Source: Lepidodermella squamata
Taxonomy: Eukaryota; Animalia; Gastrotricha
DNA: 64,000 nucleotides
Direction of reading: 5' to 3'
Assembly: GCA_047495785.1 (NCBI GenBank)
Contig: JBLDXI010000031.1
Location: 930,001-994,000, forward strand
The stretch's first letter is position 1, and each line of letters begins with the position of its first letter. The notes beneath the pieces are model-generated. The model saw only the letters and a program-made list of their open reading frames with translations, was not told where the DNA came from and did no database searches. Both the position numbers and the translations under genes were made by a program. Positions 11,942 through 23,722 of this stretch are shown here, in pieces.

Positions 11942-14900
11942 ATGGAGGATTGTGTTCCGGTGGGATCGACGTTGTTCAGGAAGCTGAATTTGTACGCGTT
12001 GGATGAATGGCAGACCACGCCGCACCCTGAGACCAAAGACCTGGTCAATTTGAGCTATTTCAAGCTGTTTCCAGCGCCATTTGGCGGTCCTTTCGGTATT
12101 TTCCGCTTAAATACGTAAAATACAGGAAAATTTGAGATTAAATATTTACAGCTTTGGTTCGCGATGAGTCGAAATTCTCGCAGTTTGTCCGCGATGGCAG
12201 GCCTATGCCGATCAGAATTTACACTACAACATGCTCTGCAAAACCTATTGGAACATTTTTGGTAAATTACCTGTTAGGTTATGATAAAAAGTGGAAGTGA
12301 CTTATTTTGGATTTTTCTCGCATTTTACTGGCTATGTTTAAATTTTTTTACAACGAAAATATCATTTTGATCAAAAAGGTGGTTATTGATTTTACAGATA
12401 AAAACAAAAAATACAGTTTTTCAGTTTCTCAATTTTTGAAAATTGGCCAGTTGTTTTCCTACCAATTTTTTCGAATATTTATATCTCCAATTCGCGAAAA
12501 GTTTCGGAACATTTTTTCGTGAGGCGATTCATGGTACTCAAGTATGAATATAGGATCCTAATTTTGATCTACCTTATTATCAACCCTTTTTTCTTCGAAA
12601 TTGGTAAGATTTTTCAAAATTATGTCCTAAATTCGAGAAAATTGCCCAAATTGCCCAAATACATATTAAGAAAAATAATTCCCGTTATAAAATATACACG
12701 AATTTTTATGGCAATTCTGGCAATTCTTGAGATTTTTCGCATCGCCTCAATTCTAGATATATAAATTCATTTGTTATATTTTCAGTGGGAAGGCGAAAAA
12801 CTGCTGAAAGTCGCGTGGACTCATGACGAAAATCTGCTATGCGTTCAAGTCGACGGCACCATCCGCATCATGTCAATGTTCGGCGAAAAGCTGCGCGAGT
12901 TCAAAATGGACGCAGACGGGCGCGTGGTCGACGCCATGCCAGTCTACCCAAGCGACTTCACCAACACCGGCCTAGTCGCGCTAAACGCCATCGGCCGCTT
13001 CATCTACATCCCGGATATCTCCGCTGAATCTGGGCAGTTGAAGCGATTCGAAGATATACCTCAGTTATCGCTGGACGCTATCAAATGGACCGTAGCTCTA
13101 ACGCCGAACTACACGCGGCTTTTCGTGATAAGCAACGAAAGAGACCTATATCAGACCGATTTAGACGGGACCCTGGTTAAATTGACGTATCCAACGTTGA
13201 GTTTTTCGAAGTTTATCAACGTAGCAGTCAGCGTTGGGTCGATTTACCTCGCGTTATTGACTGATAGATCGGTGATTATCACAACAACAGGCGACCCGGT
13301 TCGAATAACTATCGAGCATGTGCTATCGCAGCCGGCCGACTCGACGTGTTCGTTGTACTGGGTCGGCACAGATGCCGTTGCGTTGTTTCGCCCATCGTTC
13401 GGGTTGACAATCTTCCAAATGGCGTCGAGTGATAACCACTCGGAAATGGTCGACCAACCCGCGTATTTTGTGCCTGAGGTCGATGGGCTGAGGATTGTAA
13501 CGAGTTCAGCTCATGATTTCATGCACGCCGTGCCGCAGGAGGTTTCTGAGGTGTTGGCCCTCGGCTCGCAAAGCCCGGCTATGTACCTGTACGAGGCGAA
13601 TAAGTTGTTCCGCGAGGGCAAGGCCAGCGGGGCGACTGAGTACCTAGACAGCGGGGTGCGTTTGAGGCTTGAAGAGGCCGTTTCGCGGTGTATCTCCGCT
13701 GCGTTGTACGAGTACAAGCCTGGCCTGCAGAAGCAACTGCTTGAGGCTGCGAATTTGGGGCGGTGTTTCCTGCTGGCGACGAGTGCTGGTCGGCTGTCGT
13801 GGCGGGCGGAGACCGCGGAGATGGTGCGCGTCATCAGGATTTTGCGTGTGCTCAACCAGTGTCGTGAATACATGCCTGGAATGCCGCTCACGTACAAGCA
13901 ATTCTGCGTGTAAGTTGCATTTTTTATGGCTTGAATGGGTCTAAGGTTCCAGCTCTAAATTTGAGCTTTTTCTTTTCTCGATCAATAAGGAGTTTTTACT
14001 TTGGCTCTCTGGTATCAACAGCTAGGTAGAAATTTTGTAATGTAAGCCACGATTAAGTGCCTGGATGTAAAACATTTTTAGTACGTAAAAGGTCGGTTAG
14101 GTTTATGACAGAGGTTGGAGAAAAAGGGCATTGTGATTTGGTGCAGTTTTGATCGAGGTAGTGCTCGCCGATGGTACAAAGTTTCTCTTGGTTAGTCGCG
14201 TCACAATGTTGTGTAATTCTTTTCGAAGCCGGTACTACGCTGCTAGGGCAACCGATGTATTGCTATTCGCTTTCGTTACAACTGAGAAGATAACGTTTCG
14301 CAAAGTGTATTTGGGTGCACCATTTGTCGTTGATAGTTGATAGCCCAGTGTTACAGCACCAACAAGTGTATTTATTATGAGAGTGATTTCCAAAGCGAGT
14401 TGGCATTATTTGTTTCAAGGTGTTGGATTTCCAAGTGATTTGCATATTTTCTCCAAAAAATAGAGCAAGCGGTTTGATTGCATCTTTAGCTTTTTCTGCT
14501 ATCCTGTCACCAAGCAACGGCAAAGATAATCTGAAAACGTCAGTGATGGCGTTTTTGTAGGCTCGGCAGAGTGTGTACAGCGTATCATTCGTTTTACGGT
14601 GTTGAACAATAAATTTCTTTTGATGGACACCGAGTGAAAAGAATTAGCTAGGAGTATGTGGTCGGGAACCATTGGCTTTTTGTAAAATTTGTAAATCAGT
14701 TTGGCGGTAAAATTGGTGTAAATCGGATGGTCTTCCATTTTGAAAGTTCTCGAGCAGTGAGCCAACAAAATTCATCATTTCTCGATCGCCTCGTGTTCTA
14801 ACTGACGATTAGGCGCTGTTAGCAAGTTGATAACCGATCCCATTGATTCCACAACCGATTCAATCAGAGAAATCGCATCTCATAAGAATTTGCTCCATGA

Positions 14901-17028
14901 CTTCCTCTTTAAGCTTACTCGATTGCGGTCTAAGTTCTTCGCATTGCTACTTCGTCGCGTCAACAATCGAGTAGAGAGAGAGTCGGACTCTCTGCGAACG
15001 TTATCACGAGTGTTGTGAACGATATCGGCAGCTAGAGCGGAGAGGTTTTTCGGATATTGCGCGAAAGTTCACTGCGAGGTTGTAGGGACTCGCAAAAGAA
15101 ATGAAATAAAATTTGAAACGACAGTTTCCGACGTTTCCGACTGTTATGCCACGTCTCACTGGTCGACAATACTGATTCAGAGCTGGGAAACCAGCCGCTT
15201 TACAGATAAAACGAGCGTCGATGACGGTTTGGAGCGGGTCTTTAACCTGACGGAGCTTATGCAACAAAGTCTCGTGTTGCTGAGAATGCTGTCAATCACT
15301 CGAACTTGATGTGGCGCAAATTTAGTCACGCTGCTTGAACTTGAGACCAAGATCGAGTGACGTTTGCGAATCGCGTAGTTGTTGGTAGGCTAAGCCGAAG
15401 TTGAAAATAGAAGCGAGTTGTTTGAAACCTTTTTCGACTGATGGAAACCGTTTTCGAACAGCCGTTCTCAGCCAGATTTCCGAGATGAAGGGATTTACGA
15501 AAATTGAGATGTTGTAAAATTAAGCATTATGAAAAGACAAAACACTATTGGCCATATTATTTTTATTGTTCGTAGAATTTAATGAATGGATTTTTATGAC
15601 TGTAAATTCTGCTTCGGCAATAATTCGTGCAATTTCTTAGTACTTTCTTCATATTTTCTTAGGTTCTATCAACGGAACTATCCTCTTGCCGGATTTCAGT
15701 GGCTGCTCTTACGACTGACAAAGCGCAGGCAACCCGCGTTGGCCTTCCAAATGTGCGACTATCTGGCCTCAGCCGAAGACTGCGTGCCAATCGACAGCCA
15801 ATCAGGCGTCTCATCGCAATTTCAAGCCAACCAATCACATGCAGTCATCACCCCAGGAGCCGTGCCAACATCCTCGCCACTCCACGAAACAGTCCTGCGA
15901 ACCTGGGCAACATACAAACTTAACCAAACTCGAGAAAGCGAGGAAGCCGTTGCAGCTGCTTTGTTGTCGAAACTTGCGAAAAGTAACCTCCTACCCGAAA
16001 TCGCGAGAATGGCTATCGATAGTGGCCGAAGGGTTATTGCGAGAAAGTTGATCGAAGCTGAACCGAGGGCGACGAAGCAGGTCCCGTTGTTACTTCAAAT
16101 CGGCGAATTTCAACTCGCCTTGGCTCGAGCGGTTGCGTCGCATAACCCGGATTTGATTTCCGGAGTTATGGACGACCTGCGGAAGGCGATGGACAATAAC
16201 CAAGCCTTCCTTGTCCTACTCCACCGCCACGAATCCGCAATCAAATTTTACCTGCAGCAATTGGAGGAACGGCATGATTTTGACTCGTATTTGAAAATCG
16301 CAGATCAGGAGAGTGATTATCTAGGCCAGGCAGTGTTTTATTTACAGGCCAGCATCAGACCGGGTAATGAAGACCCGAGAGATTCACTACGCAGATCGGC
16401 GGAACAGTTCAGCCGTAAAAAGGGCCTCGAATGGGCGAAAGAAAGCGTTGATTCGTGCCGGTTGCTGTTAGAACGGCAGACTAAACTTGACAATGAGTTA
16501 CAGACCACCACAAAACGCACGTCTTTGAGTGAAACAATACGCCAGTTGGGCAAGTCCCAGCGCATCACCACAGCACTTGCGATGAAAAAAGAATTTAACG
16601 TTTCTGATAAGGTGTTCTGGTGGGCCTATGCCAACGGCCTGGCAGATGGCTCGAATTGGGAGGCGTTGGAGGAATTCACGCGGGGCAAGGCGAAAACGCC
16701 TTTTGGCCTGATAGGGGTGCTTGAAATATGCGCGGCTCATAACCACACGAATACGCAAGATGTGACAAGCTACATTGACCGCCTCGACCCGGCAGATCGG
16801 GTCAAGGGGCTGGTTATGGTCGGGCGCTTCGACAAGGCGTTTGAGGTTGCGAGTAAGTCATCACCAAAGACGATAGAAGCCGACCTTGCGCTGATTTCGA
16901 AACGGCTGCCGAACACTCAGACCGAATTGAAAGGCCGAGTTAAGGAGTTGCTAAGAACTCTTCACGAATCGCAACCCGCCGGTGTGTCTATTGGCGGTTT
17001 TCGAATAGGAGCTAGTTCCAGGCGGTGA
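11942..17028 (+). CDS. VPS16: Vacuolar protein sorting 16 (HOPS/CORVET subunit); exons approx. 11942-12095, 12152-12261, 12786-13909, 15663-17028
   Basis: N-terminus MEDCVPVGSTLFRKLNLYALDEW, then APFGGP, EVDGLRIVT, LRVLNQ..GMPLTYKQ, EPRATKQVPLLL and KKEFNVSDKVFWW, all characteristic of Vps16. Confidence 0.93.
14040..15450 (-). mobile_element. Degenerate Penelope-like retroelement fragment in the VPS16 intron
   Basis: FYKKP...NSFHSVSIKRNLLFNTVKRMIRC resembles the PLE RT thumb/linker. Downstream C..C and RYLLSC..*QYIG..RITQH resemble GIY-YIG. Many stops and frameshifts; boundaries approximate. Confidence 0.6.
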
Positions 17029-17697
17029 AAAGCTCAACAACTTCTCGAACCAATTATTACGTAATTTTTATCAATCAAATTCGACTGCTAATTGTGATGA
17101 TGCGTGTGAACAATAATAATATTGTGGCCTTGATTTTCGATATTAATGTTATTTTCAACGAATTATTACTTATGTTGTATGTCTGTAATATTTATAAATT
17201 TCACCGAGCAATATTCGATATGCTTTGTTTTATTTATCCCGCTGCTATCGCTGCTATTTTCGTGTAATGCTGAGGAACAAGGTGCTTTCTCATGGAGCTG
17301 GGAAATAAAATAATTGATGATCATGTCCTTTGTCTTGCTTTTTTGTTGGTGTTTGGGAACCTGCAGATCTTCATAGAGCCACATTGTTCAAAATTCAGAG
17401 GAATAACAAGAGAAGACAAATGAGAACAAAATATTCTTTCGAGGGTGGCTTTGGTGGCCTTCTTGTAAAATATTGGAAAACCCGATCATACATAATTTTG
17501 GAGACGCCTCTTTGAAAAAATGTGACTGAATCCAACGACTTCGGAATCGATGGATCTTCATTATTTGTTTGAGACGTGGATACTTCGATCAAAGTTAGGC
17601 AGTCAAAAGTGGATTCATCGTCATAGCATTATCCTTTATGTAACACGAAAGCCACTAGCAGCGAACTTTTTTTTGACAGAAAATAGCGCAAAAACAT

Positions 17698-17797
17698 TGC
17701 TCCAGGCGAGGCTCGAACTCGCGACCTTCGCATAACTCAGCGTACATTCAAGTACTGCTTATAAGTACGACGCACTAACCAACTATGCAACTGGAGC
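17698..17797 (-). tRNA. tRNA-Ile(UAU) with 26-nt intron
   Basis: GCTCCAG...CTGGAGC-A acceptor stem, TCGTA/TGCGA anticodon stem, CT-TAT-A followed by the intron, GCGAG-TTCGAGC-CTCGC T arm, and a downstream T5 terminator. Confidence 0.93.
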
Positions 17798-18116
17798 GGA
17801 TGAAAATTATGAATCGTATATGGCTTATAAGCCGACTCAACGACCCTTATATTTTTCGAACGAATCACTTTTATGACGCAACAGGTGAGAGCATGAAGAG
17901 CCTCAATAGTCAAGCGCACGAAATGTTCAGAAATTTCCGCTAAATATCTTGAATTAGCAAGACATAACATATCATAAGTCTTTAGGGGTAATCGGGACTG
18001 ACTTGCTCAGCTCGTTTTGTTCCAGGACTTCCAAGAGCTCTGCAAAGGTAGGACGGTGAGCCTCAGGACACTTCCAGCATGAATTCAACATGATTTCATA
18101 TCTAGAATAGGAATAT

Positions 18117-19065
18117 GAGTATGTTATCATACAAGCTCTCGGCGATAGCCGCTCGTGCTGAATTTTATCTGACGAGGCGTAGCCGAGTCGGGGCACGAGC
18201 GGCTATTGCAGAGAGCGAGGATGCATAACAATTCGTATACCACACCAGATGTTGATCGCTTGACGATTTAAAAATGTTTGCTGAGTATCAGGTGAAGCTA
18301 CAATTTTTCCCAACAATTGTCGCCAAAATTCTGTTTGCAGGGTAACATCAGGTTGAAAAACAACACCTGATGCTGCTCGCGAATTCGAAGCCCATTTTAT
18401 TCTTCATTTCATTTTGCAAAATTTGTTGGTCGATGCAACATCAATTTCCAGGACTAAACACTATGCCAAATGCGTTCCCGGAATAAGACAAATAGGCAAG
18501 AAGCTGATGCGCTTAGAGAGCTCAAAAAAAATAAAAAATAATCCTCAATTTGAAAATTCACAGGAAAATTCCAGATGAATACTAAAAAATAATTAACCTC
18601 GGCTGCGCCTCGGTCGTGATTTCGAAATTGTCCTCGGCTGAGCCTCGGAAAATGGCTCGGTTTCACCTCGCTGAATTCACTGGGCCTTGCGGCCCATGTT
18701 GGTACAACATCATTTTCTTGTTTCAACCTAATTCCCGCTAAAGTTGATAAATTTCAAAATCCTAAATTTTACAACTTATCAGGTTTACGATCCTACCTAA
18801 ATTACTTATCAGTTTTACGACACCAGCGTCTAAATTACTTATCGGTTTTATGGCCCCATCTAAATTACTTATTTATCTGCATCGAGCTCGAAATTTCAGT
18901 AACGATAAATTTTATCCACTTTAACGATCTCTATTTTTAGTAAAAATCTGGCGCCTCAGCAAACACAGGTGTCACCAGCCTGTGAAATAACAAAATCCTA
19001 GCATTTTATCATTTTTGGGACGCTAATGCAAAGAGTCAGGCGATCAACAGGTGGTGTAGTATACG
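18117..19065. mobile_element. Non-autonomous ~950-bp element (copy 1) with terminal hairpin and asymmetric inverted repeats, in the last RTK intron
   Basis: Near-identical to 36470-37450. The 31-bp IR 18234-18264/19035-19065 matches 27/31. Internal ~31-bp tandem repeats at 18774-18872. No TSD. Confidence 0.85.
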
Positions 19066-20261
19066 GTCATCAAAGCCTTTTGGGATAAGTTGTTACATTT
19101 TATCAGGGCAAGAACTCGGTTGCTCGAGGCGAAGACCGTTTGAAACTTGAACAATCACCTCGAAGTTATTGTAACCGACATACCGGCATACCGGCTCCGA
19201 GCGGCATACTGAAATAGCAGCGATCTTTGAATATAATTCCTATTACAACGTGCTGAAACTTACGAGAGAATATTTCCCACATAACAACACCAAAGGACCA
19301 AACGTCACTCTTTGGCAAGAACAAATGGTTGCACAGTGATTCAGGAGGGTACCATCTTGTCGGTATTAGACAATTACTCGTTTCGCTTGATCTATAGTAA
19401 GGCTGGCCGGAGGAGACTAAGCGGGACAAACCAAAGTCAGATATCTTCAACATTTCTTCGTTCGACACCAGAACGTTGCGACACGCCAGGTCCCTATGAA
19501 GGCAGTTGCGGGAGGACAGGTATGCCATACCTCGACAGATGTGCTTTGCATATTCGATGAGTTTCTCCAGCTTCCAGAGCCCAATTTCCTTCGAATTCAG
19601 ATGGCGATGTAGGTTTCCTTTTTTCATAAATGGCACTATAATATTGGCTTGGCCGTCAAGAGAGGCAATCCCAATCAAAGACAGAACGTTTTCATGGTTG
19701 AACTCTTTCATTAGCAAAGCTTCTCGTACAATGAAACAACGTCCGTGCAGGTCCTAGGAAATATATTTTTGACGGTAATCTCGACATCTCGTGAACCTGG
19801 CCTTCTTAGGGTCCCTCTGTAAACAGCACCAAAGAAGCCTTGCCCGATTAGATCAGCAATTTCGATGCAAGAGCTGTGAATGTTGATGTCCTTGATCAGA
19901 GGTATCAGATCGCGGCCTTCTGGAGAAGACTCGAGCATTTGCTGAAAATCGCTGAATGCTGTTATGTGCATGGATTGCCGGCGAGTATCAATGATGCCAG
20001 GCTTTGTTTTTCCAGAGTTTCGGCGAGTATAGATCACGTACCAGATAGAAATGCCCAGAAGAATTAGGGCTACTGCGCCTGTTCCTGAAGTGATTATCAT
20101 TGCCGTCCAGCCTTTTCATACAAAAATGCAACAGAGCTAAAGTAGGCCAACTTATGACAGTTACCATCGGAAGCAGTTAGACTGCCTAGGTCTGTGATTG
20201 GACTGCTTTCAGTTTCCGTTATAAGTTTCCGTTTCCGTTCAGTTTCCGTTCAGTTTCCGTT

Positions 20262-21045
20262 CAGTGGTTCTCAAACTATTTTCGCTCCCGGTCAAAAATG
20301 GCGGCCGGTTGGCGACCTTTACGGCCGCATTGCCTCTTGAACCCTCAATCGGCCGCTTGTAATGATAAAATAGGACCTTTCAGGCCGCACGCCTCTACAT
20401 TCGAGAATTTCGAGTTTTCGAGTGCGCTTCTAAGCGGATTGGTTATTAAATTAGGGTTTTGAGCAGCGGGTCTTGACTGAATTTTTACGCGACCCTTGAT
20501 TGGTCAACTCAAGTCGATTCAACTCAAGTCGCCACCCACCACTCTCAAAAAGTTAACAATTAAAAAGTGAAAGAAAGTTTGTGTAATAATTTCCAAATTC
20601 CAAAATTCCTAACCCGTGCATTGATTAACCTTTGCGAGCGAAGCGAGCTTTAGCTGACAATATTTTTCCATAATTCTTTGTGAAAATATGCTAAAAATGC
20701 GTTAAAAGTGGCTTTGAGTCTTTCTCGATGCGATGGTTACCATTTTATTGCTTAAAAGTCAAATATCTTATAAATTGTCGAATTCGAATCAAAATAGGTA
20801 TTGAAAGATTTGAAAGTGAATCAGCGAGCGAAGCGAGAAACTTTCAAGAAAATTGTGGCTATTTATCATTCGGATACGTCGAAGTTTGCTGGATTATTGC
20901 CCAAGTTATGCGAAACCCTGGACTATTCCCCTCGAAAGAGCCGTCCGGCCGCACGCAATGCATGAGATAGGCCGACCTCTGCCGGCCGCCAAAGTGGGCC
21001 TCGCCGGCCGCATGCGGCCGGAAAAACGGGGTTTGAGAACCACTG
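20262..21045. mobile_element. Non-autonomous hAT-type DNA transposon
   Basis: Perfect 15-bp TIR CAGTGGTTCTCAAAC/GTTTGAGAACCACTG and GC-rich CGGCCG subterminal motifs. Probable 8-bp TSD CGTTATAT (21046-53) / CGTTATAA (20217-24), displaced by filler DNA. Confidence 0.88.
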
Positions 21046-22693
21046 CGTTATATCAACAATTCCGGGCGTACCAATAGTTGAAATTTGAGGCCCGCCGGTT
21101 AATGTCAAGGCCGTTGGTCGAGGGTACGAAGGATTGTCAAGAAACTGTGGACACTTTGTCCCGGTTACATTCAGCAAGCTGCAAGCTATCGTTTCTTGAA
21201 TCCATCCGTTTAGAGGAATGAGGTTCAAAAAACGCACGATTCGGGAGCTGTTATCACACGAGTCTTCCTTCAAGTAGATGCCGCCCTGGAAATAAAAATT
21301 GAGTGGGATGCAGGATGCAGTGAATTATTGCTTATAATCACCAGAAGTAGCTGAGTTCCAGTGCTGGTTACGAAATCGAAATAGGTTGCAAAAGAGAGTG
21401 TCGAACCTTCCGTTAAGTCACATGGCAAGAAGTCATGATTTGCACCCGGTGTAAAGCACAAGTAAGTGTCTGAATCGCAACCAGGGCCATAAGGGGTAAG
21501 CTGGCCAAATAAATATTCATAATTTCCGTCATTAGGACACTTGGGACAAGGTTCAGAATAGCTCTCAACGGTCAGCCCGTTACGTGGGGATCGATGCCCT
21601 ACGACAAAGACGAAATTCCACCAATATATTTCGTGACCGGCTAAAGGAGTGAACAATGTTGTATGTTGTTAAAACTTGTCTCAGAGAGGCTGATATCTAT
21701 TGGTTTCCCGAGTCTCGCAATAGCAAGGCCTTTCTTTTCTCCTAGGATCTTGATCGGGACTAGCATTGAGGATATAGATGCGAGCAAACAGTCGTACGGC
21801 ATGATGAAGTGATGCTCATCGAGCATAGCCGAGACACAATTCGTCGTTTTAGTAATGACCCGTCGGAAGAAAGGAAACTGCCCGGCATCTGCGTAGATTG
21901 GCCAATCCGTTGTAGGATATGGAATTGTTGGGAATCCCCTGTAAGACATGGCTTGCCCTGGCATGAGCTGTGGGATCGACTTCTTTCTACAGGTGTTGTG
22001 CGCCAGCATTATCTCATCGAAGCTGAGGCTTAAACGATGCATGGATAAGCATGAAATGGCATCTAATCCATTCCCACTCAGACTGAAGCTAAAAGTGTCG
22101 ACACGTGTGAAGTAAGTAAGATTCGATTGGTACCATAGAGAACGGAGTGAGGGACAAGCATTGTTCGAAGTTTCAGGCTGCTCGAGCAGTCTGAAACTTT
22201 CCCTGATTACTCACGTGCGTCATGATTAGTCACAATGGTTCGATATGAATATTATTTTTATCAATTTTTTGACGGCAAAGCGTTTATACGTCTGCAAAGT
22301 AGGGAAATTATTCGGAAACCTTGCGGAACACCTTGGAACGCCTCTACGGCACATTTCTACTTCACAGCTGTTAAAAATTTATCAATTTTCAAGTTTGAAT
22401 AAATGAATTTTATTAATTAATCAATGCAAAAATAGCACTGGGTTGACTTTCACTGGGGGATCTTGGATAAAAGCATCTGGTGCAATCGCGGATTGAATGC
22501 AAAGCGAGCGCAGGCTGCGTGCTCGCCGGAGAAAATGGTAAAGCACCTTACCTGGATTTCTCGCTCCACAGCTGTCCAGCTGACGCTGATTATAAAAGCA
22601 CCATCATAATCAGCGTTATTAGTTACGCTCACTTTTTTGGCCACTCTGTATAATATCGATGAATCGATCGATGCTCATATAACGTGTAGATGC

Positions 22694-22948
22694 AGACCCA
22701 AGAATTGGACCTAATTACTTATTAGACCCAGATTATGGCGCAACAATCGAAATTTCACTGCATGTCAAGTTGAGTTCTGTGCGTTCCTTGATGTCTTTGG
22801 TCCCAAATTTGATGCCAACAATTTGCCGTCAGACGATTTGCCTTCCGACTCTTCGTTGAACCGGAATAAAAGGTAATAGAAATTTCGACAGACCCGGGAT
22901 TCGGATCTAAATATCGGATCTCGCTGTTTATGTTTGGCAGTTGAAGTG
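22694..22948. mobile_element. Diverged partial copy of the TTAA (piggyBac-like) MITE at 26760-27256
   Basis: Reverse-complement similarity to 26760-27025; ends ...GGCAGTTGAAGTG followed by TTAA. Confidence 0.7.
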
Positions 22949-23722
22949 TTAAACAACTTATCGACAACTGAACCTACAACGGCCTTGGACGGAGTCCCTG
23001 AATGCGTTCTTAAATCGCTGGGAGATTTCTTAGCACTTCTAATATTCCACAAAATCCTCACGTAGGGTACCGAACACTTGGATACTGATACACAAAAATT
23101 TAACCAGCAACTACAGACCTATGCATTTCCATTCTATCATTCTAGCCGTCGTTTAAGAAAACAAGCTAATTTTCAATGACCATTTCGAAAAGGCATGGGC
23201 TAAGGCGAGAAAATGGCTTTTCGCACTGAAATTGGAAGCGCAAAATGGCTTCAATCGAAATTGCCTCAAAGCCAACAGTCTTATCTTTTCGCACAAAAGA
23301 TCTTTTGCTACAAAGAAATTTACTTGGAGCTTATTTTTGCGGCCGATCTAAAAATAGCAACGTTGTCGGTCGGAGAATAAGTGTCGCATTGTACCTGTGG
23401 CCGGAGCTAAGGCTGTTCGGCCGCCGAAAATGCCGCCGGTGAAAAAGTTTTCGGAGAATTGGTCTACAGTCTTATTAAACCTGAAAAGGGTCAACTCTGA
23501 CCATGCTCTGAAATTTGGTTTAGCATAATAGCGCTGCCGTTGGCCACATGCTTTTTTGCTGCCGGAGGCCTGCTTTATTTAGCTTCAGCTTATGATGGCA
23601 GGCATGCGCGTGATAATCACTTGCCTAACACAATACATATGATGCCATGGATGCATGATATCGCTTAAAGATATAATCAAGCTGCATACCTTATTTATAA
23701 ACAGTCTGTTTCAGTTAAAATC

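Larger units (their letters stand above)
17972..22645 (-). pseudogene. Receptor tyrosine kinase (MET/AXL-like kinase) with inactive trypsin-like ectodomain; disrupted; 5' end uncertain
   Basis: Kinase motifs GQGFFG, ITVK, LMKEFNHENVL, IIVPFMKKGNL, HRDLACRN, DFG, YY and SDVWSFG. TM at ~20030-20100. Trypsin-like motifs at 21190-21890. Lesions: hAT insertion in an exon (20262-21045), 1-bp deletion ~19731, 8-bp duplication 19180-19195. Confidence 0.8.

Noticed and set aside
18454-18726. Duplicated ORF MKQENDVV (also 36845-37111) as a protein-coding gene
   Set aside because: It lies inside the non-autonomous element, has a non-ATG start, and its frame differs between copies through a homopolymer indel.
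18774-18872. CRISPR-like repeat/spacer pattern
   Set aside because: A degenerate ~31-bp minisatellite in a eukaryotic TE; the 'spacers' are homologous to each other and there are no cas genes.
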